Assembly: GCA_016287855.1 (NCBI GenBank)
Contig: JAEEXS010000015.1
Coordinates: 1 to 23,038 of the forward strand
DNA length: 23,038 nucleotides
Direction: 5' to 3'
DNA from: Clostridia bacterium
GTDB taxonomy: Bacteria; Bacillota; Clostridia; TANB77; RGIG9151
How positions within the stretch are numbered: position 1 is the first letter of the stretch; each line of letters opens with the position of its first letter. The position numbers and the translations under genes are program-made. Positions 1 to 8,712 of this stretch are shown piece by piece. The notes beneath the pieces were generated by a model that did no database searches, was not told the DNA's origin, and saw only the letters and a program-made list of their open reading frames with translations.

Positions 1-1463
1 TCGCCTTTTCTTACTCTTTCCATTAGTTTTCTTGCATTTCCAAGACCACTAACAACTGCTATTTTTACCTTTTTGCCTGCTATTTCAAGTTCTGCTTCAC
101 GAATTGTTTCATTACCTCTAACTTCTTCATATTCTATCTTAGGTAGCTCTTTTCCCTCTAAAATCTCAGCAACTGTACGAATAGCTGCTTCCATAACACC
201 ACCTGTTGTACCAAATATTACGCCTGCACCTGTAGCTTCTCCAAATGGCTCATCAAATAGCTCTTCTGGTAATTTTTCAAACATTATACCAGCTTTCTTT
301 ATCATTTTTGCAAGTTCAACAGTTGTAATAACTGCATCAACGTCTTTATGACCATCTTCACCAAGCTCTGGTCTTTCACATTCGAACTTTTTAGCCGTAC
401 AAGGCATAACTGATACAACAAAAATTTTATTAGGGTCTAAATTCTGTTCTTTAGCATAATAACTCTTTATTAGCGCACCATACATAGACATAGGTGATTT
501 TGCTGTAGATAAATTAGGAATTAAATCAGGGAAATTATGCTCTAAAAACTTAACCCAACCAGGACTACAAGAGGTTATAAGCGGCAAATTCTCGTTTTTA
601 GTTAATCTCTCTATAAATTCTGTTCCTTCCTCCATAATAGTGAAGTCAGCAGCTGTATCAGTATCTACAACCCTATCAAAACCTAATCTTCTCAAAGCTG
701 CTGCTAATTTTCCTGTAACTGGCATCCCTATTGGCATACCAAACTCTTCGCCGAGTGCTGCTCGAACAGCCGGAGCAGTTTGAACAACAACATGCAAATC
801 AGGATTTTGTAAAGCTTCCCAAACTATATCCATGTTATATTTTATTGTAAGAGCGCCTGTAGGACAAACAGCTATACATTGTCCACAATTTACGCAATTA
901 CTTTCTGCAAGTGGCTTATCAAAAGCAGGTGTAACTTTAGATTTCATTCCTCTATAAGCTACTTCAATTGCGCCTACTGTTTGAACATTCTTGCAAACAG
1001 AAACACATCTTCTACACAAAATACATTTTGAATTATCTCTTACTACAGATGTAGATAAATCATCTATTTCATCTTTGTTTGTTCCTTCGTAAATAACATC
1101 TCCAACCTGCATTTTCTCAGCTAATGCTTGTAATTCACAATCTGTATTTCTAGAACAACTTAAACAATCTTTTCTATGATTTGAAAGAATTAATTCAAGA
1201 GTAGATTTCCTGGCTTCTAAAACATTTTTTGTATTAGTTCTAACTACTAATCCTTCAGATACAGGATATGAACAAGATGCCTGAAGTCCACGTGCTCCTT
1301 CTACTTCAACCAAACATATTCTACAAGCACCAATTTGGTTTATATTCTTCAAAAAGCATAAAGTAGGAATTTCTATTCCAGCGATTCTAGCAGCCTCTAA
1401 AACCGTTAAATTATCTTCTACTTCTACTTTCACACCATCAATAGTGATATTAACTTTACCCAT
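1..1463 (-). CDS. hydA: [FeFe]-hydrogenase catalytic subunit, HydA-type with NuoG-like N-terminus; partial, C-terminus runs off the left window edge
   Basis: Absent from the ORF track because it is open to the window edge. Translating the minus strand from the ATG at 1463-1461 gives MGKVNITIDGVKVEVEDNLTVLEAARIAGIEIPTLCF..GACRICLVEVEG, a 2Fe-2S domain. Ferredoxin-like Cys clusters follow (CVNCGQCIAVCPTGAL), then H-cluster motifs ITSCSPGW (555-575) and MPCTAKKFE. An SD AGAGGTG lies just upstream. The frame stays open to position 1. Confidence 0.85.
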   Translation of the reverse strand, partial: MGKVNITIDGVKVEVEDNLTVLEAARIAGIEIPTLCFLKNINQIGACRICLVEVEGARGLQASCSYPVSEGLVVRTNTKNVLEARKSTLELILSNHRKDCLSCSRNTDCELQALAEKMQVGDVIYEGTNKDEIDDLSTSVVRDNSKCILCRRCVSVCKNVQTVGAIEVAYRGMKSKVTPAFDKPLAESNCVNCGQCIAVCPTGALTIKYNMDIVWEALQNPDLHVVVQTAPAVRAALGEEFGMPIGMPVTGKLAAALRRLGFDRVVDTDTAADFTIMEEGTEFIERLTKNENLPLITSCSPGWVKFLEHNFPDLIPNLSTAKSPMSMYGALIKSYYAKEQNLDPNKIFVVSVMPCTAKKFECERPELGEDGHKDVDAVITTVELAKMIKKAGIMFEKLPEELFDEPFGEATGAGVIFGTTGGVMEAAIRTVAEILEGKELPKIEYEEVRGNETIREAELEIAGKKVKIAVVSGLGNARKLMERVRKG

Positions 1464-1479
1464 TCTTTTCACCTCTTTC

Positions 1480-3348
1480 TTATTTCTTATCAATTGCACT
1501 AAACTTACAATTACTCATACATAATCCACATTTTATACATTTTTCTGGATCTATCTTAAATGGACTCTTTACTTCTCCAGAAATCGCACCAACAGGGCAA
1601 TTTCTAGCACATAAACTACATCCTTTACATCTTTCCGGATCTATTTCATATCTAGTAAGATCCTTACATGCTCCTGCTGGACAACGTTTTTCTTTTATAT
1701 GAGCTTCATATTCATCTCTAAAATACTTCAAAGTGCTTAAAACAGGGTTTGGCGCGGTCTGACCAAGTCCACAAAGAGCAGATCTCTTAATATTATTTGC
1801 AAGTTCTTCTAATCTTTCGATATCTCCCTCTTTTCCTTGACCTTTTGTTATTCTATCTAGAATTTCATACATTCTTCTTGTACCTATTCTACAAGGTGGA
1901 CACTTTCCGCAAGACTCATTAATAGTAAACTCTAAGAAAAACTTAGCAATATCTACCATACAGTTATCTTCATCCATAACAATAAGTCCACCCGAACCCA
2001 TCATAGAACCAATTGCAGTTAAAGAATCATAATCAATTGGTGTATCTAGGTGAGATTCAGGTATACAACCACCAGAAGGGCCTCCTGTTTGGGCTGCCTT
2101 AAACTTCTTGCCTTTAGGAATTCCTCCACCTATATCATATATTATCTCTCTTAAAGTCGTTCCCATAGGGACCTCAACAAGCCCAGTATTATTTATTTTT
2201 CCACCAACAGCAAAAACTTTAGTACCTTTACTCTTTTCTGTACCAATAGAAGAGAACCAATCTGCTCCTTTTAAGATAATAATAGGAATATTTGCTAAAG
2301 TTTCAACATTATTTAAGATTGTTGGCTTTCCAAATAAACCTTTAATAGCTGGGAATGGCGGTCTTGTACGTGGTTCTCCACGTTTTCCCTCTATAGAAGT
2401 CATAAGAGCAGTTTCTTCGCCACAAACAAACGCTCCTGCTCCAAGTCTTATATCTATATCAAATGAAAAATCTGTTCCAAAAATATTCTTTCCTAATAAA
2501 CCATATTCTCTTGCTTGTTTAATTGCTATTTTTAACCTCTCTACAGCAATAGGATATTCTGCTCTAACATAAATGTATCCTTGATTTGAGCCAATAGCAT
2601 ATCCTGCTATTGCCATAGCTTCTAATACCGAATGAGGGTCTCCTTCAAGTACACTTCTATCCATAAAAGCACCTGGATCTCCTTCATCTGCATTACAACA
2701 TACATATTTTTGGCCTTCTGGCTGACTAGCCGCAAAAGACCACTTCTTACCGGTAGGGAAACCTGCTCCTCCTCTACCTCTTAAGCCTGATTTTAACACT
2801 GTATCTATAACTTCTTCTCTTGTCATTTTATGAAGAACCTTTTCTAAAGCTCTATAACCATTAAATGCAATGTATTCATCTATATTCTCTGGACAAATTC
2901 TTCCACAATTTCTCAAAGCTATTCTGTTTTGTTTCTTATAAAAACCTAATTCATGCAATGTATGCGCTAATTGCTCGGTTTCTGTATCTTTTATTAATAA
3001 CCTTTCAACTATTCTACCATTAACTATATGCTCTTCTATTATTTCTTTAGCATCTTCAGGTTTAACCATTGTATAAAAAGTTTCTCCTGGATAAATTATC
3101 ATAATAGGTCCCTTGGCACAAAGACCAAAACAACCAGTTTTAACTACATTTACTTCGTTTTCTAAATTTCTTTCTTTAATTTCTTTTCTTAACTCTTCTA
3201 TAATTTTAGGTGATTTTGAAGAAGTACAGCCCGTACCTCCGCAAACTAGTATGTTTTTTCTATTTATATCTTTTTCGTCCACTACTCTAATCTTTACTTC
3301 TTCTAATGTTTTTCTTTGGATATTATCCAATTCATCTACTGTTATCAT
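1480..3348 (-). CDS. hydB: NuoF-like flavoprotein subunit of the bifurcating hydrogenase (FMN/NADH-binding, Fe-S)
   Basis: 622-aa ORF. It has GRGGAGFPTGKKW (NuoF FMN/NAD site), ESCGKCPPCR (N3 4Fe-4S motif) and two C-terminal ferredoxin CxxCxxCxxxCP motifs. It sits 17 nt upstream of hydA in the same operon. Confidence 0.85.
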   Translation of the reverse strand: MITVDELDNIQRKTLEEVKIRVVDEKDINRKNILVCGGTGCTSSKSPKIIEELRKEIKERNLENEVNVVKTGCFGLCAKGPIMIIYPGETFYTMVKPEDAKEIIEEHIVNGRIVERLLIKDTETEQLAHTLHELGFYKKQNRIALRNCGRICPENIDEYIAFNGYRALEKVLHKMTREEVIDTVLKSGLRGRGGAGFPTGKKWSFAASQPEGQKYVCCNADEGDPGAFMDRSVLEGDPHSVLEAMAIAGYAIGSNQGYIYVRAEYPIAVERLKIAIKQAREYGLLGKNIFGTDFSFDIDIRLGAGAFVCGEETALMTSIEGKRGEPRTRPPFPAIKGLFGKPTILNNVETLANIPIIILKGADWFSSIGTEKSKGTKVFAVGGKINNTGLVEVPMGTTLREIIYDIGGGIPKGKKFKAAQTGGPSGGCIPESHLDTPIDYDSLTAIGSMMGSGGLIVMDEDNCMVDIAKFFLEFTINESCGKCPPCRIGTRRMYEILDRITKGQGKEGDIERLEELANNIKRSALCGLGQTAPNPVLSTLKYFRDEYEAHIKEKRCPAGACKDLTRYEIDPERCKGCSLCARNCPVGAISGEVKSPFKIDPEKCIKCGLCMSNCKFSAIDKK

Positions 3349-3364
3349 CTTTTTCCTCTCCTTT

Positions 3365-3853
3365 CTATTCGTATTTCTTTAGTATTTCATCCACCTTATC
3401 AGGTGTCATTTTTCCATAAACCTCATCATTTATAACCATAACTGGAGCTAGTCCACAAGCTCCAACGCAGCGTGCATCTTGAATTGAGAACTTTCCATCT
3501 GGTGTAGTTTCTCCGGCTTTTATACCCAAAACTCTTTCTAATTTTTCTAGAACTTTATCTGCTCCTTTTACATAACACGCTGTTCCTAAACAAATTTGAA
3601 TGTTATATTTTCCTTTTGGAGTTAAAGTAAACCTAGAATAAAACGTAGCCACACCGTAAACTTCGGCTAAACTTATCCCTAACCCATCAGCTATTATTTG
3701 TTGAACTTTTTCTGGTAAATATCCAAATAATTCTTGTGCTTCATGTAATATAGGAATTAATGCTCCTTCTATATCTTTATTTTCTGCTATAATTTGTTTT
3801 AATTTTTCGATTTTTTCTGGTTCTAATTCGCAACAACACTTGTTTTCAGACAT
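3365..3853 (-). CDS. hydC: NuoE-like thioredoxin-fold 2Fe-2S subunit of the hydrogenase
   Basis: 162-aa ORF with CLGTACYVKG and CVGACGLAPVMVIND, typical of NuoE/HydC. An SD AAGGAGGAAAG lies upstream. It is the first gene of the hydCBA operon. Confidence 0.85.
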   Translation of the reverse strand: MSENKCCCELEPEKIEKLKQIIAENKDIEGALIPILHEAQELFGYLPEKVQQIIADGLGISLAEVYGVATFYSRFTLTPKGKYNIQICLGTACYVKGADKVLEKLERVLGIKAGETTPDGKFSIQDARCVGACGLAPVMVINDEVYGKMTPDKVDEILKKYE

Positions 3854-4040
3854 ATCTCTTTCCTCCTTATTTCTTTTAATAAAAAGTCTTCACCACTTGT
3901 CATTTTACCATATCGGTTTTTTTTATTCAATAAATAACTGTTGGAGTTTTTGTTTTTAATTTACTATTTCTTTTTATTCACATATACTGTGCTATTTGCA
4001 TATACTTTATAGAAAATACTTATATAAGGAGTGTTTTAAT

Positions 4041-4295
4041 ATGAATGAAAAATTGATAAAAACCTTATCCACCATAGTATCAAAACTACCTAAAAAAGAT
4101 TTAGAAAAAAACTTAAATAAAGCAAAAGAAATTTTAAAAAATTCAAAAAAGGAAGATATCTCTAAAATACTTTCCAATCCTGAATTATCAAAAATACTTG
4201 GAAAAGATAAGGATAATTTAAAAAATCAAATTGATGAAATAGATTTTGAAAACATAAATATAGATGAAATAGACAAAAAAATAAGAGGTGATTAA
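4041..4295 (+). CDS. hypothetical small protein (84 aa, Lys/Glu/Asp-rich, probably helical)
   Basis: I trimmed the track ORF 3996..4295 to the ATG at 4041, which is preceded by the SD TAAGGAG. Codon usage matches the host. It is the first of three tightly packed small genes. I recognise no motif. Confidence 0.5.
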   Translation: MNEKLIKTLSTIVSKLPKKDLEKNLNKAKEILKNSKKEDISKILSNPELSKILGKDKDNLKNQIDEIDFENINIDEIDKKIRGD

Positions 4296-4296
4296 G

Positions 4297-4557
4297 ATGT
4301 CAAATACTGAAAACGCAGATGTATCCTCAACTTTAGAAAATGATATGTCAGACATTCTTTCTATTATTTCTAATATTTCTGATGAAAATACTAACTCTAA
4401 AGAAACTGTTTTTTTAAACTCTTTAAAGCCTTATTTAAATAAAAAAAGACAAAAAAAGATAGATCAATGTAAAAAAATCATATCTATTACAGGAACTTTG
4501 CGGCTTTTAAATGATTTACATATCTTTGATAGCTTTTTAGAAAATGATGATAACTAG
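4297..4557 (+). CDS. hypothetical small protein (86 aa, acidic N-terminus, basic C-terminal half LKPYLNKKRQKKIDQCKKII)
   Basis: The ATG at 4297 lies 1 nt after the upstream stop and is preceded by the SD AAGAGGTG. The track ORF starts at the GTG at 4288. Translational coupling to the neighbouring genes supports a real gene. Confidence 0.5.
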   Translation: MSNTENADVSSTLENDMSDILSIISNISDENTNSKETVFLNSLKPYLNKKRQKKIDQCKKIISITGTLRLLNDLHIFDSFLENDDN

Positions 4558-4568
4558 GAGGTTTTTAT

Positions 4569-4844
4569 ATGAAATACTCCTGTAGATATAAAAATAACCC
4601 TTCTTTTCCTTATAATCAGCCAAAAACATCCTCAAAAACAGATTATAAAGAAAAAAAAGAAAACTTCTCAGATAAAGAAAGTTCTCTTTTTAACTCATTT
4701 TTATCTCCAATAGAGGCTTTTTTAGGAAGAAAAGTAGAATTTGAAGATATTCTACTTTTAATTATAATTTATATTGTCTTTACAGAAAAAGAAAAGGAAA
4801 ACAACACCTTGTTATTATGCCTTTTATTTGTTTTACTTAACTAA
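4569..4844 (+). CDS. hypothetical small membrane protein (91 aa, polar N-terminus, hydrophobic C-terminal segments ILLLIIIYIVF and LLLCLLFVLL)
   Basis: The ATG at 4569 is preceded by the SD TAGGAGG. It is the third gene of the small operon. Its stop lies 36 nt from the convergent recF stop. Confidence 0.5.
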   Translation: MKYSCRYKNNPSFPYNQPKTSSKTDYKEKKENFSDKESSLFNSFLSPIEAFLGRKVEFEDILLLIIIYIVFTEKEKENNTLLLCLLFVLLN

Positions 4845-4880
4845 CCTCAAATCAAGCATACATCTGTATTTCATATATAT

Positions 4881-5939
4881 TTACTTCTCTTTTATTATTT
4901 CAAAAGTTTTTACATTCTCTCCTTCAATTTTATCTGTACAAGTAATAAAAACTTGACATTCATTGAGCTTTTCATATAAAAATCTTCTTCTTTTTTCATC
5001 TAATTCAGACATAACATCATCCAATAAAAGTACCGGCATCTCCCCTTTTTCCTGCAAAATCAAGTCTTTTTCCGCTAATTTAAGAGATAATATCGCCGTC
5101 CTAATTTGACCTTGTGATCCAAATAAACCTAAATTAACTCCATTTATCTCAAAAATATAGTCATCTCTGTGAATTCCTATAGAAGTAAACCCTCTTTTGA
5201 AATCCAGGATACATCTATCTTCTAATAGTTTTAACATACTTTCTTTATCTTCTAAAACCTGTGTTTTATATGTTAAAAATACATCCTCTTTATTATCTGA
5301 TATTTCTTTATGATATTTATTAAAAATAGGTATTATTTTCTTTATATACTCTTCTCTTATCTTCTTTATAGCAAAATTCAGCTCAACAAGCTTTTCATCC
5401 CATATATTTAGCTCCATTTTATTTACTTTGTTTTCACCATTTTTTAATAACTGGTTTCTTTGCTCTAGTACTTTATAATATTCCTGTAAAAAATGCATGT
5501 ACTTGGGATTTAACTGGCTTATTAGTATATCAAAGCTCTTTCTTCTCTCTCCTGGCTCACCTTTTGCAAAAAACATATCTAACGGCGTAAACATTACAAC
5601 TAACAAATTTCCAAATAAATTGCTTATTTTAGCCTGTTTTACACCGTTTATTTTTATTTGTTTTTTGTTTTTATTAGATACCAAAAAATTAATACTTTTT
5701 TCTCTACTACTATCTCTAAAGAATAGATCTACTCCTCCATATTCTTCCCCAAAATATATCAATTCCGTATCTTTTCTAGTTCTAAAAGACTTACCTAAAG
5801 CACAAACATATATAGATTCTAATATATTTGTCTTTCCTTCAGCATTATTTCCATAAAAAACATTGGTATTAGGAGAAAAAACAAATTCTCTATCTTTATA
5901 ACTTCTAAAATTTTTAAGTTTTATAGAGTTTATTATCAA
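4881..5939 (-). CDS. recF: DNA replication and repair protein RecF
   Basis: 352 aa with N-terminal MIINSIKLKNFRSY, Walker A GNNAEGKTNILE, the signature SQGQIRT and Walker B LLLDDVMSELD. It uses a TTG start with the SD AGGGGGT. It is in the canonical position after dnaN. Confidence 0.9.
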   Translation of the reverse strand: MIINSIKLKNFRSYKDREFVFSPNTNVFYGNNAEGKTNILESIYVCALGKSFRTRKDTELIYFGEEYGGVDLFFRDSSREKSINFLVSNKNKKQIKINGVKQAKISNLFGNLLVVMFTPLDMFFAKGEPGERRKSFDILISQLNPKYMHFLQEYYKVLEQRNQLLKNGENKVNKMELNIWDEKLVELNFAIKKIREEYIKKIIPIFNKYHKEISDNKEDVFLTYKTQVLEDKESMLKLLEDRCILDFKRGFTSIGIHRDDYIFEINGVNLGLFGSQGQIRTAILSLKLAEKDLILQEKGEMPVLLLDDVMSELDEKRRRFLYEKLNECQVFITCTDKIEGENVKTFEIIKEK

Positions 5940-5969
5940 ATTCTTTACCCCCTAAAAACCAGCATACAT

Positions 5970-7070
5970 CTATATTCTAACTGGTAATACCATATAAATA
6001 TACTCTTCTCCCTCTATTGGTCTTATAATACAAGGAGAAATTGATGAACCAAAATCTAATACAATTTCAACATCTTCAATAGTTTTTACTGCTTCTATTA
6101 AATATCTAGGATTAAAGCCAATTTCAAGAGGTTTTCCAACACTTTCAATCAAAACTTCTTCCCTAACATTTCCCGTCTGAACCGCACATTCTATAACCAT
6201 CAAATGATCTGATATTGTTATTTTTATTGGTAATTGCTTTTCATCTCTAGACATAACAGCTGCTCTTTCTAAAGAACTAAGTAAAACATTTCTATTAACC
6301 TTAACTCTAAGCTCTTTCTCTTTAGGTATAGCTTGTCTATAATCTAAGAATTTTCCCTCTAAAACTCTTGTAACAGCTGTACAATTAGGTATTTCAAATA
6401 AACTTTGGTTCTTTTCAACACTAATTGTAACTATTTGATCGTCATCTCCTAAAATCTTAGATATATCATTTAATGACTTTCCTGGTATAACAACTGAAAA
6501 ATCTTCTGTTCCTTCTTCTAAATTGACTTTTGTTTGAAGAGCTAGTCTAAAGCCATCTAAAGCCACCATATTCATCATACCATCTTTTTTTTCTAATAAA
6601 CAACCTGTAAAAATAGGCCTAGATTCATCTATTCCTACAGCAAATATTGTTTTTCTTATCATATCCTTTAAATCTACTTGTTTTATTTTTATTTTTTGTT
6701 CTGCGTTTATTTTAGGAAAAACAGGAAAATCATCACTCATTGTTGCTACAATTTTAAATAAAGAACCTTCACATTCAATAACCAACTGGTTTTGATCGTT
6801 TGTTGTTAATTCTATTGTAGAATCAGGTAATTTTCTTATTATCTCTGAAAAGATATTAGCACCTATTATTATATCTCCTTCTTCTTCTATTTTGGTATTT
6901 ATTCTATATTCTATACCAAGCTCTAAATCTGTTGCTGTTATATATAGTGTATTATCTTTTGCTACTAAATGAAAGCATTCTAATATTGGCATAGTTGTTT
7001 TACTAGAAACTGCTTTTTGAGTAGCATTTATACCTACTAAAAGATCTTCCTTTTCTATTGAAAATTTCAT
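5970..7070 (-). CDS. dnaN: DNA polymerase III beta sliding clamp
   Basis: 366 aa, beginning MKFSIEKEDLL..INATQKAVSSKTTMPILECFHL and ending MVLPVRI. It lies directly downstream of dnaA with the SD AAGGAGGAATAGG. Confidence 0.95.
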   Translation of the reverse strand: MKFSIEKEDLLVGINATQKAVSSKTTMPILECFHLVAKDNTLYITATDLELGIEYRINTKIEEEGDIIIGANIFSEIIRKLPDSTIELTTNDQNQLVIECEGSLFKIVATMSDDFPVFPKINAEQKIKIKQVDLKDMIRKTIFAVGIDESRPIFTGCLLEKKDGMMNMVALDGFRLALQTKVNLEEGTEDFSVVIPGKSLNDISKILGDDDQIVTISVEKNQSLFEIPNCTAVTRVLEGKFLDYRQAIPKEKELRVKVNRNVLLSSLERAAVMSRDEKQLPIKITISDHLMVIECAVQTGNVREEVLIESVGKPLEIGFNPRYLIEAVKTIEDVEIVLDFGSSISPCIIRPIEGEEYIYMVLPVRI

Positions 7071-7377
7071 TTTCCTATTCCTCCTTAAAATTATAATTTA
7101 AATATTAAAAAGATATAATAGTTATAGTAATGTTGATAATGTTTATAAGTTGAAAATTTTACGATATAACTAAGTTTCAAAAGTTAATAACATGAGGATA
7201 AATTTTAATATTTTATTCACACTAAAAATTTTTAATGTGAATAGTTTGTTATCCACAATATATTTATAAATTATTAACATTTAAATGTTGATAGTTTATA
7301 TATTAGAAAACAAGCTTTTTGTATGTTAATAAAATTTTGTAATAGTCTAAATTTCAAAGTGTTTCATATGTGGAAAA
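7071..7377. other. oriC segment (dnaA-dnaN intergenic) with a DnaA-box cluster and an AT-rich candidate unwinding element
   Basis: A perfect TTATCCACA lies at 7249-7257. One-mismatch boxes are TTATTCACA 7213-7221, TGAGGATAA 7193-7201 (rc TTATCCTCA), TGTTGATAA 7131-7139 (rc TTATCAACA) and TGTGGAAAA 7369-7377 (rc TTTTCCACA). Weaker boxes lie at 7236-7244 and 7287-7295. The stretch 7081-7130 next to dnaN is almost pure A/T. Confidence 0.7.
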
Positions 7378-8712
7378 TTAATAAAATAGAATTTTTTTAA
7401 TTTCTTCAATTTTTTTATTAAGCTCAGAATCTTCTTCAATATTCTTTGAAATCTTATTACAAGCATGAATAACGGTTGAATGGTCTCTTTTTCCAAATTC
7501 AAAGCCTATTTTCGGTAAAGACATGTTTGCAACATCTCTACATAGATACATTGCAATTTGTCTAGGAATTGCGATATCAGCGCTTTTTTTAGTTGATTTT
7601 AGATCTTCTACTTTTATATTAAAATATTTTGAAACAACTTTTTGAATAAGGTCTATTGTAATTGTTTTGGTAGGCGCGTTTGTAATGTCTTTTAATGCTT
7701 CTTTAGCTAAATCTAAAGTTAAAGGTTTATTGTTTAAATGTGCCAAAGCCAAAACCCTATTTAATGATCCTTCTAACTCTCTTATATTAGAATCTACTCT
7801 TTCAGCAATAAAGGCATTTATTTCATCTGGAACAGTTATACCATCAAGTTGCGCTTTTTTACTGAGTATTGCAATTCTAGTTTCATAGTCAGGTGCTTGT
7901 ACATCAGCCGTTAGTCCCCATTCAAATCTAGATCTTAACCTATCTTCTAAAGGTTCAATATCTTTTGGAGGTCTATCACTAGATATTATAATTTGCTTAT
8001 TAGCTTCATATAACGTATTAAAAGTATGGAAAAACTCTTCTTGTGTACCTTCTTTTCCAGCTATAAACTGAATATCATCTACTAAAAGAACATCAACATT
8101 TCTATATCTTTTTCTAAAAGCATTATTTCCTTCTGCACCCTGTTCTTTAATAGCATTTATAAAATCAATTATAAATTTTTCACATGTTATGTAAAGCACT
8201 TTTTGTTCAGGATGTTGTTGAAGTATGTAATGACCTATAGCATGCATCAAATGTGTTTTTCCTAAACCTACACCACCATATAAAAACAAAGGATTATAAG
8301 CTTTTGCAGGAGATTCAGCAACTGCTAGTGCAGCTGCATGAGCAAATCTATTGTTATTCCCTATTACAAAGTTTTCAAAAATATATCTAGGATTTAATCC
8401 AGTTGGAGTCTCATCCATATTTTTTTGACCTGGAAGCTTTATTTCTTCTTGTTTTTTAGCCTCTTCAGGTAAAAGATATTTTATATCTAAATCAACATTT
8501 TTAACGTATTTTATAGTATTTTTCAATAATTCATGTAAATTGGTTTGTAAATAGGTTTTATGAAAATCTGTAGGAACCTCTATAAAAAGAGTATTATTTT
8601 CAATATAAACAGGTTTAATAGGCGAAATCCAAGTATTAAAACTAATTACAGTTATTTCACCTTTTAAGCAATCTATAATTTTTTGCCATTCGTCGGTTGA
8701 GATATTTGCCAT
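7378..8712 (-). CDS. dnaA: chromosomal replication initiator DnaA
   Basis: 444 aa with Walker A GGVGLGKTHL, Walker B LLVDDIQF, sensor SDRPPKD, and the C-terminal DNA-binding helix FGKRDHSTVIHACNKI. Confidence 0.97.
   Translation of the reverse strand: MANISTDEWQKIIDCLKGEITVISFNTWISPIKPVYIENNTLFIEVPTDFHKTYLQTNLHELLKNTIKYVKNVDLDIKYLLPEEAKKQEEIKLPGQKNMDETPTGLNPRYIFENFVIGNNNRFAHAAALAVAESPAKAYNPLFLYGGVGLGKTHLMHAIGHYILQQHPEQKVLYITCEKFIIDFINAIKEQGAEGNNAFRKRYRNVDVLLVDDIQFIAGKEGTQEEFFHTFNTLYEANKQIIISSDRPPKDIEPLEDRLRSRFEWGLTADVQAPDYETRIAILSKKAQLDGITVPDEINAFIAERVDSNIRELEGSLNRVLALAHLNNKPLTLDLAKEALKDITNAPTKTITIDLIQKVVSKYFNIKVEDLKSTKKSADIAIPRQIAMYLCRDVANMSLPKIGFEFGKRDHSTVIHACNKISKNIEEDSELNKKIEEIKKILFY

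Noticed and set aside
3854-4040. I searched the hydC upstream region for a Rex operator (a TTGTTAA...TTAACAA-type palindrome), which is often found at Clostridial hydrogenase operons.
   Set aside because: No convincing palindrome of that type was found by eye. Only AT-rich sequence and the CATATACT repeats are present.
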